From Dehalococcoidia bacterium (lineage in GTDB: Bacteria > Chloroflexota > Dehalococcoidia > Plut-88900), in the NCBI GenBank assembly GCA_965249275.1, contig CBDFLQ010000005.1:640001-704000 (forward strand): a stretch of DNA of 64,000 bases, in the 5' to 3' direction. Of this stretch, positions 56,552-64,000 are shown piece by piece. The position numbers were made by a program, and so were the translations under genes. The notes beneath the pieces are model-generated. The model was given only the letters and a program-made list of their open reading frames with translations. It was not told the DNA's origin and did no database searches. Positions within the stretch are counted from its first letter, which is position 1, and every line of letters begins with the position of its first letter.

Positions 56552-59500
56552 GCCTCAACCCTTCCGCCTTGACAGCGGGGGCCGCGTCAACAGAGACAAG
56601 CCGCTGAGCTTCGTTTTCAATGGGCGCACTTACCGAGGTTACGAGGGCGACACTGCGGCGTCGGCGCTGCTGGCCAATGGAGTGCACCTCGTCGGGCGGA
56701 GCTTCAAGTATCACCGGCCTCGGGGGATCGTGGGGGCGGGGCTGGAGGAGCCGAACGCACTGCTGCAGGCCGGCACGGGAGCGCGCACAACTCCCAACCT
56801 CCGGGCTACGGAGGTGCAACTCTCCGATGGCATGGTACTGAAGAGCGTGAACTGCTGGCCCAGTGTGAATCATGACTTCGCCGCCATTAACAGCAAGCTG
56901 ACCCGATTCCTGCCTCCCGGCTTCTATTACAAGACATTCATGTGGCCCCGCAGTATGTGGAAGACATATGAAGGGGTCATTCGCAAGGCGGCGGGACTCG
57001 GGGAGTCTCCTAGGGCCCCGGACCCCGACAAATACGACCGAATGAACGCTCATTGCGACGTTCTGATTGCCGGGGGAGGGCCGTCGGGCCTCGCGGCGGC
57101 GCTGGAGGCGGGGGCGACGGGGGCTCGGGTCATATTGGCCGACGACGGGACCGAGTTTGGTGGGAGCCTCTTGTCTTCTCGGCGCACCATTGAAGGCTTG
57201 CCCGCCTTAGACTGGGTTAAGGATGCGGTGCGTAGGCTTTCGGAGATGGCGGAAGTGAAGTTGATGCCTCGGAGCTCGGTATTCGGGTACTACGACCACA
57301 ACTTTCTCACGATTGCTCAGTCCTTTACGCCGGAGGAAGCTGCCTCCCACCCCCACCACCCCAACCAGCGCATATGGCGGGTGCGGACCAAGAAAGTCGT
57401 TATCGCTGCGGGTGCTTTCGAGAGGCCGTTGATATTTCCCAACAACGACGTGCCTGGGGTGATGCTGGCGTCAGCGGTGTCGAGCTATATCAACCGTTAT
57501 GCGGTCCTGCCGGGGCGCAGGGCTGTGCTCTTCACGAACAACGACAGTGGATACCGCACCGCCCTGGACCTGGCCGACGCGGGCGCGGAAATCAGGGCGG
57601 TGGTAGACCTCCGGCCCAATCCCCAAGGTGCATTACCTGCCCTCGTTAGGGACAAGGGAATCCATGTTATTGGAAGCCATGCCATTGTGGATGTTAAGGG
57701 TGTGAAGAAGGTGAAGGGTGTGGCGATCATGGACTTGGACCAGAGGGGCACGGGAGTGCGGGGGAATGCGAAGACCTTAGACTGTGATCTACTTGCGGTT
57801 TCCGGGGGGTGGAACCCGACGGTACACCTTCACTCACAGTCGGGTGGAAAGGCCCGGTTCGACGAGAAACTGGGAGCGTTCGTGCCGGGTGAATCGGTGC
57901 AAGAGGAGAGGAGCGTTGGGGCGTGTGCGGGTGCTTTCGACCTGGCATCGTGCATTGGGGGTGGGCTGACTGCGGGTGTGGGGGCGGCTCGGGAGGCGGG
58001 TTTCGGGGATGGTGTTGTGCAGACCCCGCTCCCGGCAACTGATGACGTGACGGAAGAGCCTCCCAAGACCGTTTGGTTGGCGCCTTCCCGCAAAGACCCG
58101 GTCCATGAACACAAGCAGTTCATCGATCTGCAGGAGGACGTGAGTGCGGGTGACGTGGTACTGGCCGCAAATGAAGGTTATGACTCGGTGCCGCTTCTGA
58201 ACCGATACACGACTCTCGGGTTTGGGACGGACCAGGGGAAGCTGGGCAACGTAATCGGGATGGGGGTGCTGGCCGACCACCTGGGGAAGGACATTACCGA
58301 AGTAGGGAGCGTTACGTTCCGGCAGCCCTATGCGCCGGTGACCTTCGGGGCGATTGCGGGCGGGGAAGTGGGGGAGATGCTCGACCCGGTGAGGAAGACG
58401 GCGATTCATCCCTGGCACGTGGCTCACGGGGCACTGTTTGAGAACGTTGGACAGTGGAAGAGGCCGTGGTATTACCCGAAACCTGGGGAGTCGATGCAGG
58501 ATGTGTTGAACCGGGAATGCCTCGCCGCTCGGCATGCCGTGGCTATATTGGACCAGTCGACGCTGGGAAAGATCGACGTTCGGGGGCCGGACGCGGCGGA
58601 ATTCCTGAACAGGGTCTATTCCAACAACTGGCTGAAGCTCGGGGAGGGCCGGGCGCGATATGGGCTGATGCTCGGGGAGGATGGGATGGTGATGGACGAC
58701 GGCGTCTCCGCCCGTATATCCCCCGGACGCTTTCATATGTTCACCACTACCGGTGGTGCGGCCAACGTCATGTCCTGGCTGGAACAGTGGCAGCAGACCG
58801 AATGGCCAGAACTGCAGGTATATCTCACTTCCGTCACCGATCAGTGGTCTACGATGTCGGTTGTCGGGCCGAGGGCCCGGGACACGGTGGCCAAGATATG
58901 CAACGACATTGAATTTTCGCATGAGGCTTTCCCGTTCCTGTCGTTCAGAGAAGGAACCGTGGCCGGGGTCCCGGCCCGGGTGTTCCGCATCAGCTTCAGC
59001 GGCGAGCTCACGTTCGAGATAAACGTGCCCGCGGACTACGGGCTCCACGTCTGGGAGTCGGTGATGGAGGCGGGGGCGGAGTTCGGGATCACGCCCTATG
59101 GCACTGAGACGATGCACATTCTCCGAGCGGAAAAGGCGTTCATAATCGTCGGGCAGGACACGGACGGGACGGTGACGCCGTCGGACCTTGGGCTGGACTG
59201 GCTGGCGTCGAACCGGAAGGACTTTTTGGGTAAGAGGTCGCTGTCCCGGCCGGACATTGTGAGAAAGGACCGGAAGCAACTGGTTGGGTTGAAATCGGAG
59301 TATCCGGTCAGGGTGATACCGGACGGGGCCCAGATAGTGGATGATCCTCGGGGCCCGATCCCCATCAAGATGATAGGGCACGTGACTTCGAGCTATTACA
59401 GCGCAACTCTTGGACATCCGGTTGCTTTGGCGCTGGTAAAGGGAGGCAAAGCTCGAATAGGGCAGCGGGTGTACATACCGCTCCACGACGGCAATTCGAT

Positions 59501-59561
59501 AACGGCGAGAGTAACCAATCCTGTGTTCTACGACCCGAAGAACGAGCGGCAGAATGTCTAG
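56538..59561 (+). CDS. soxA: Sarcosine oxidase alpha subunit
   Basis: RSFKYHRPRG, GFYYKTF, DQGKLGN, GcvT-like C-terminus. Start MARNK. Confidence 0.95.
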   Translation: MARNKPQPFRLDSGGRVNRDKPLSFVFNGRTYRGYEGDTAASALLANGVHLVGRSFKYHRPRGIVGAGLEEPNALLQAGTGARTTPNLRATEVQLSDGMVLKSVNCWPSVNHDFAAINSKLTRFLPPGFYYKTFMWPRSMWKTYEGVIRKAAGLGESPRAPDPDKYDRMNAHCDVLIAGGGPSGLAAALEAGATGARVILADDGTEFGGSLLSSRRTIEGLPALDWVKDAVRRLSEMAEVKLMPRSSVFGYYDHNFLTIAQSFTPEEAASHPHHPNQRIWRVRTKKVVIAAGAFERPLIFPNNDVPGVMLASAVSSYINRYAVLPGRRAVLFTNNDSGYRTALDLADAGAEIRAVVDLRPNPQGALPALVRDKGIHVIGSHAIVDVKGVKKVKGVAIMDLDQRGTGVRGNAKTLDCDLLAVSGGWNPTVHLHSQSGGKARFDEKLGAFVPGESVQEERSVGACAGAFDLASCIGGGLTAGVGAAREAGFGDGVVQTPLPATDDVTEEPPKTVWLAPSRKDPVHEHKQFIDLQEDVSAGDVVLAANEGYDSVPLLNRYTTLGFGTDQGKLGNVIGMGVLADHLGKDITEVGSVTFRQPYAPVTFGAIAGGEVGEMLDPVRKTAIHPWHVAHGALFENVGQWKRPWYYPKPGESMQDVLNRECLAARHAVAILDQSTLGKIDVRGPDAAEFLNRVYSNNWLKLGEGRARYGLMLGEDGMVMDDGVSARISPGRFHMFTTTGGAANVMSWLEQWQQTEWPELQVYLTSVTDQWSTMSVVGPRARDTVAKICNDIEFSHEAFPFLSFREGTVAGVPARVFRISFSGELTFEINVPADYGLHVWESVMEAGAEFGITPYGTETMHILRAEKAFIIVGQDTDGTVTPSDLGLDWLASNRKDFLGKRSLSRPDIVRKDRKQLVGLKSEYPVRVIPDGAQIVDDPRGPIPIKMIGHVTSSYYSATLGHPVALALVKGGKARIGQRVYIPLHDGNSITARVTNPVFYDPKNERQNV

Positions 59562-60174
59562 CGAATCCAGCGAAATGCGCCGGAGCTCTCCACTGGTGGA
59601 GTTCCTTGCCGAGCACCCACCCGTTGAGGCCGACGAATCGCGGGGCGTCGAGATGGAGGAGCGGGCGTTCTGGGGGCACGTCAACTTGCGAGGAGATGGG
59701 ACCGACGAGGCGTTTCAGGCCGGAGTCGAGAGTGTTGTCGGGGCGCGGGCGCCGATTGAGCCCAACACGGTGTCGAGGGTCGGGGATACGTTAATTGTAT
59801 GGCTGGGGCCTGACGAATGGCTGGTTGTCTCACCGCCCGACATCAAGGATGGTCTTTCTGCCAAGCTGGAAGAGGCGTTGTCCGGGCTTCATGCCTCGGT
59901 CAACGATATTTCGGGTGGTCAGACGATCATCAGGCTGCGCGGGGCACGGGCGCGGGACCTGCTGAACAAGGGATGCCCGTTGGACCTCCATCCTCGGGCG
60001 TTCGGGGTCGGGCAGTGCGCCCAGAGCCACATAGCCAAGTCCAATGCCCTTATCATTCAAGTTGACGATAGGCCGACCTACGACGTTGTGGTGCGGCGCA
60101 GCTTCGCTGACTACCTGGCCCGATGGTTTAACCACGCGGGCTTGGAATACGACATCGCGGTCGTTACCAGCTAG
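59554..60174 (+). CDS. soxG: Sarcosine oxidase gamma subunit
   Basis: WLGPDEW, KGCPLDLH, VRRSFADY. Confidence 0.93.
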   Translation: MSSESSEMRRSSPLVEFLAEHPPVEADESRGVEMEERAFWGHVNLRGDGTDEAFQAGVESVVGARAPIEPNTVSRVGDTLIVWLGPDEWLVVSPPDIKDGLSAKLEEALSGLHASVNDISGGQTIIRLRGARARDLLNKGCPLDLHPRAFGVGQCAQSHIAKSNALIIQVDDRPTYDVVVRRSFADYLARWFNHAGLEYDIAVVTS

Positions 60175-60200
60175 AAAAGCGAGTAGGGGCAACGGCCCGC

Positions 60201-61061
60201 ATGAAGATTATCAACATCCTCTCCACCCGACCCACCCTCTCGTTCGAGTTCTTCCCTCCCAAGACACCCGCCGGAGTGACCTCTCTCTACAGGACAATTA
60301 AGAACCTCAAACGCTTCTCGCCCGACTTCGTGTCGATGACTTACGGGGCGGGTGGATCGACGAAGGCCATGACTGAGGAGCTGGCGCTGCGGATCAAGGA
60401 AGAGGAGCGGCTGCTGGTCATGGCCCACGTTACCTGCTCTGCCCAGACCCGAGTTGAGGTACACGAAGTCCTGGCTCGATACGAGGCCGGGGGTATCGAT
60501 AACGTGATTGCACTGCGCGGCGATCCGCCTCGGGGGCAGGATGCTTTCTCGCCCGTTGAGAACGGGTTTCCACACGCGACCGACCTGCTCAGGCACATAC
60601 GCAGCAACTTCGACTTTGGTCTCGCTGCGGCGTGCTACCCGGAAGGCCATCCGGAGGCCTCGGACCTTCGCACGGACATTGAGTATGTGAAGCGTAAGGT
60701 GGACGAGGGGGCTGAGTACCTGATAACCCAGCTGTTCTTCGATAACTCGGACTTCTACCGATTTTTGGAGATGGCGCGGGGGTCGGGAATAGGGGTCCCG
60801 GTGATTGCCGGGGTGCTGCCGATCCTTACCGGTGCTCAGATACGCCGTTTCACGGCGTTGTGTGGCTCAGCGATACCGCGGGACGTCGATGATCGGCTGG
60901 ACGCACTGGGTGAGGATGATGATGCGGTGCGGGAGATGGGGATCGAGTTGGCCACTGCCCAAATTGCTGATTTGAAGGCTAACGGGGTGGAAGGGATTCA
61001 CTTCTACGCACTGAATCGGGGGTATTCGATTACGAAGATATTGGAGAATTTGGGGGAGTAG
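60201..61061 (+). CDS. metF: 5,10-methylenetetrahydrofolate reductase
   Basis: SFEFFPPK, TYGAGG, LRGDPP, YPEGHPE, ITQLFF, HFYALN. Confidence 0.95.
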   Translation: MKIINILSTRPTLSFEFFPPKTPAGVTSLYRTIKNLKRFSPDFVSMTYGAGGSTKAMTEELALRIKEEERLLVMAHVTCSAQTRVEVHEVLARYEAGGIDNVIALRGDPPRGQDAFSPVENGFPHATDLLRHIRSNFDFGLAAACYPEGHPEASDLRTDIEYVKRKVDEGAEYLITQLFFDNSDFYRFLEMARGSGIGVPVIAGVLPILTGAQIRRFTALCGSAIPRDVDDRLDALGEDDDAVREMGIELATAQIADLKANGVEGIHFYALNRGYSITKILENLGE

Positions 61062-61089
61062 GGGTTTAGGGGGCGCGTGAGTGGGCAAG

Positions 61090-61368
61090 TCCTAGATTCC
61101 TCGCGGGGCCGCGGAATGACAGTAATATAACCTTGGCTGTGGAAGAGGAGCCATGTGTCACAGTGAACGGGGATGGATGGGATGGATCCTGGCTCGGGGG
61201 CCGAGGTGATGGAAAAGGCGCGAGGGGCGGGGGGTGGGGTGGTAGTTGGGACAAGGGCGTGACGGATTGGCAGTCCGGGACCTCCCTCCGCTCGACCCTT
61301 CGACGGTGCTCAGGGTGAGCGGCCCCACGCCGCCCTGGAATGAAAGTTTTCCTGCGCGGGAATGATGG
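61090..61368 (+). repeat. R3 and R2 REP-like repeats
   Basis: AGATTCCTCGCGGGGCCGCGGAATGAC; GACGGATTGGCAGT..CCCTTCGACGGTGCTCAGGGTGAGCGGCCCC. Confidence 0.75.
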
Positions 61369-61422
61369 GGTGAGTGGTGAGTGGTGAGTGGTGGGGAATA
61401 TTCTCATCGAAGAGGACCCTCA

Positions 61423-61647
61423 TTAGAAGGTCGGTTTGACCAGACTCTCCCTCTCGCTATCCAGTACAGCTTCCACCTGCGACCTTTTGACACTGGGGAA
61501 CCACTCCAAGAACTCACCAATCGACGCGCCATCCTTGAGGTTTTCGAAGAGGGCGGATACCGGCACCCTTGTACCTCGAAACACCCAGATGCCCCCCATC
61601 CTCTCAGGGTCTCGTTCCACGACGCTGCTAGTCTCCCATACTGTCAT
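61423..61647 (-). CDS. DUF433 domain protein (putative antitoxin)
   Basis: DPERMGG..VFRGTRVPV, EFLEWFP. Confidence 0.87.
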   Translation of the reverse strand: MTVWETSSVVERDPERMGGIWVFRGTRVPVSALFENLKDGASIGEFLEWFPSVKRSQVEAVLDSERESLVKPTF

Positions 61648-61769
61648 GACTTGTACTGCCCTTCCCAGTGCCTATAAACGACGTTGGCTTGTCCGTAAGT
61701 TGTAAACATTATATCTCGGAGGCGGCACTGACTGAATTATTTGGGTGGTGGTGGTTGGGGCAAGCGCGT

Positions 61770-61900
61770 GACGGAATGGCAGTCCGGGGCCTCCTCCCCC
61801 CGCTCGACCCTTCGACGGTGCTCAGGGTGAGCGGCCCCTCGCTGGGGATGGATTTACGCCTGAGGCGCACTTGCAGCCCGATCGGGGGCATGGATGACGG
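61770..61900 (+). repeat. R2+R3 composite with a single 22-bp insertion (61856-61877)
   Basis: GGATTT[ACGCCTGAGGCGCACTTGCAGC]CCGATCGG..ATGAC. Confidence 0.78.
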
Positions 61901-61918
61901 AGAGGGGGTGGGATTGGG

Positions 61919-63067
61919 CTAGCCGGTGGGGTGGAGGCGTTTGGCGGTGTGGCGTAAGGATTCTGCGAATTGGGAGACCTGCCATCGGCGCACTTCGGGG
62001 GCGTGCATTTCTTCGTCGAGTGTTGAGGGGTTGCGAGCCAGTCTGTCCAGGCTGTCGGCGGGCCATATGAGTGACTGGTCCAGTGACAACTCTTTTGCCT
62101 GAGCTGAGCGCCAGACTTTGAGTTGTTTGAGGTTGGCCATCTGCTCGTGGGATGGCCTCGGGGGGGAGGGTTTTCGGAAGGCGCGCCGGTCCACGGGTTC
62201 AGACGCAATGCCCTTGGCCACCGCCTTGGCTATTGCTTTGCCGTACCGACGCACCCCGAATTGTCCGATTCCCGAGATGCTCTTGAGGTCGGCATTCGGG
62301 TCCTGGGCTATCGCCGCCAGGGCTTGGTCTGGCATGACGCGGAATGTCGGGCGACCCAGCTTGAGCGCCGCAGACTCACGGAAAACGGCCAGCTCACGTA
62401 GTATCGCCAAGCCCCTGCCGTCCAGCCCTGAGTTTCCCTTGATGGATATGAAGGCTCTCTGTGGTTCGTCGGGAGGGGAGTAGCGCACATCCTCGAAGCG
62501 ACGGCACTCCTCTTCGACCCATTGGCTGCGCCCGAGGGCATCGGTGCGGCGGACGAGCTCGTCCGTAAGCCTTTTTAGGTGCAACACGTCGGAAGCGGCG
62601 TATTCCAGGGCCTCATCGGACAGGGGTCTTAGGCCCCAGTCGGCGCGCTGGAGGCGTTTGTGCTTGGCCAGCTTGAGGCCGATGACCTCCTCGGCGACGT
62701 TGCCTAGACCCAGCTTCTCCAGCCCGAGAAACCTTGCCCCGATGGAGGTATCGTAGAGATTGACGATGGTGAGGCCCCATTCCCTGTCGAGCGTACGGAT
62801 GTCGTTATCTCCGCTGTGGAGGATCTTCTTTATCGAAGGGTCATGGAGAATGCGGCCGAGGAGTTCGGCAGTATCGACGGCAAGGGGGTCGACCAGGTAG
62901 CAGCCGGTGTCGGTGGCCATCTGGACGAGGCAGACGCGTTCGGGATAGCGGAAGAAGCCGTTGGACTCGGTGTCGACGCTGACGAAGGGGCTGCGAAGTA
63001 TATCGTTGGTGATGCGTTGCAGGGCGTCGGGGTCTGCGACGTACTCAATATCGGGCCTGGATGGCAT
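61919..63067 (-). CDS. rnd: Ribonuclease D (DEDDy exonuclease plus HRDC)
   Basis: VDTE, H...DI, YDT, DW..RPL, YAASDV. Confidence 0.88.
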   Translation of the reverse strand: MPSRPDIEYVADPDALQRITNDILRSPFVSVDTESNGFFRYPERVCLVQMATDTGCYLVDPLAVDTAELLGRILHDPSIKKILHSGDNDIRTLDREWGLTIVNLYDTSIGARFLGLEKLGLGNVAEEVIGLKLAKHKRLQRADWGLRPLSDEALEYAASDVLHLKRLTDELVRRTDALGRSQWVEEECRRFEDVRYSPPDEPQRAFISIKGNSGLDGRGLAILRELAVFRESAALKLGRPTFRVMPDQALAAIAQDPNADLKSISGIGQFGVRRYGKAIAKAVAKGIASEPVDRRAFRKPSPPRPSHEQMANLKQLKVWRSAQAKELSLDQSLIWPADSLDRLARNPSTLDEEMHAPEVRRWQVSQFAESLRHTAKRLHPTG

Positions 63068-63185
63068 ACTTAAATTCTAGGGCATGGGGCAAGCCCCCGT
63101 TTATTCCCTTTCCAGAACTACGATTTGGGTCGGGGTGAGGGGGCCATTGTTATAATCTGAATGCCTAACCCCCGGAGGTGTAATC

Positions 63186-64000
63186 CTGGCCCGCGATATC
63201 CATACTTCTCTCTTCTACCGTTTGGGCCGTTGGACCTACAGATACCGCTGGCTGGTCATTGTGTTTTGGGTGGTTGTGCTTGCCGGGGTCGGGGTGCTAG
63301 CGCCGAGAGTTGGGACGGTGCTTACGTCGGGGTTTGGGGAGCAGGATACCGAGGCTCGGCAGGCTTTCCAGATCCTCGAAGAGGAAGGCATCCTCAACGA
63401 GGCCGTAATCATCCTGGTCTTGTCCCACGATAGCCTCACCGTACAAGACCTCGTCTATGAAGCACAAGCCCAGACCGTTCTCTCCGCAGTGGGCCGTTAT
63501 CAGGGTGTAGCCAGGGTCGACAGCTTCTTCGCGACGGGCAACACGAACCTGGTCTCACCCGATGGGCGAACCACCTTCGCCATTGCCGGATTGGACATTC
63601 CATTGGATGACGTGCTCGACGAGGTGCCGAAAATCCGGGACTCGATTCCTGATGTCGAACTGGATGTTTGGGTAACCGGGGGCTCGGCGATCTTTTCGGA
63701 CATCAACGAGTACACGGGCCGGGACCTCAGGCGCGCGGAAATCATCACCTTCCCGGTGGTGGCGCTGGTCCTCCTGCTCATCTTCAGGACAGTGGTCTCG
63801 GTAGCTGCGCCCATAGCCATCGGGGCGATGGGACTCGGGATCACGTTGGCGGTTATCTACTTGCTGGGACTCGTGACTCCGATGTCGGTCTTTGCGATGA
63901 ACACGGCGACTCTGCTGGGGGTAGGCGCTGCCATAGACTACTCGTTGTTGATGGTGAGCAGGTACCGGGAGGAGCTGTCGGATAGAGGTGTGGAGGAAAG
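63186..64000 (+). CDS. MMPL/RND family transporter, 5' part; runs off the window end
   Basis: Not in the ORF track. My translation gives ..FYRLGRWTYRYRWLV..LVSPDGRT..VTGG..DLRRAE..FRT..GVGAAIDYSLLMVSRYREE. GGAGGT then CTG. Confidence 0.88.
   Translation, partial: MARDIHTSLFYRLGRWTYRYRWLVIVFWVVVLAGVGVLAPRVGTVLTSGFGEQDTEARQAFQILEEEGILNEAVIILVLSHDSLTVQDLVYEAQAQTVLSAVGRYQGVARVDSFFATGNTNLVSPDGRTTFAIAGLDIPLDDVLDEVPKIRDSIPDVELDVWVTGGSAIFSDINEYTGRDLRRAEIITFPVVALVLLLIFRTVVSVAAPIAIGAMGLGITLAVIYLLGLVTPMSVFAMNTATLLGVGAAIDYSLLMVSRYREELSDRGVEE

Overview
GC-rich bacterial chromosomal window. The gene content (several amidohydrolase_2 paralogs, an enolase-superfamily dehydratase, an F420-dependent PPOX protein, hydantoinase, sarcosine oxidase) resembles Chloroflexota/Dehalococcoidia (SAR202-like); this taxonomy is inference. 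About 55 genes: lipA-lpdA-pdhABC, a Zn/Mn ABC importer with a convergent CDF exporter, an Aap-type amino acid ABC system, two type II TA pairs, a MetE-like protein and MTHFS, two atypical D-threonine-aldolase-like genes with a PHP hydrolase, a GCH-II/RibD-dehydrogenase-PTPS-glycosyltransferase-methyltransferase cluster, a triple-Rid protein, a PhnA-like hydrolase, Lhr helicase, an HO-like diiron protein, two MFS, two tandem carboxyltransferases, a sterol-methyltransferase-like gene between direct repeats next to an IS1182 remnant, soxBDAG-metF, rnd and a partial MMPL. The most unusual signals are non-coding. (1) Two copies of a ~650-bp element: a conserved promoter with a LexA-like box and a leader, attached to a ~370-400-nt multi-hairpin domain of divergent sequence closed by the same 16-bp inverted repeat. 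(2) A family of 21-22-bp micro-insertions (core CGCC-N2/3-GGCG plus tail) that insert into REP-like repeats, into each other (up to three levels deep) and apparently in frame into a gene, all in the same strand orientation. No rRNA, tRNA or CRISPR array was seen. All alignments and pairings were done by eye.
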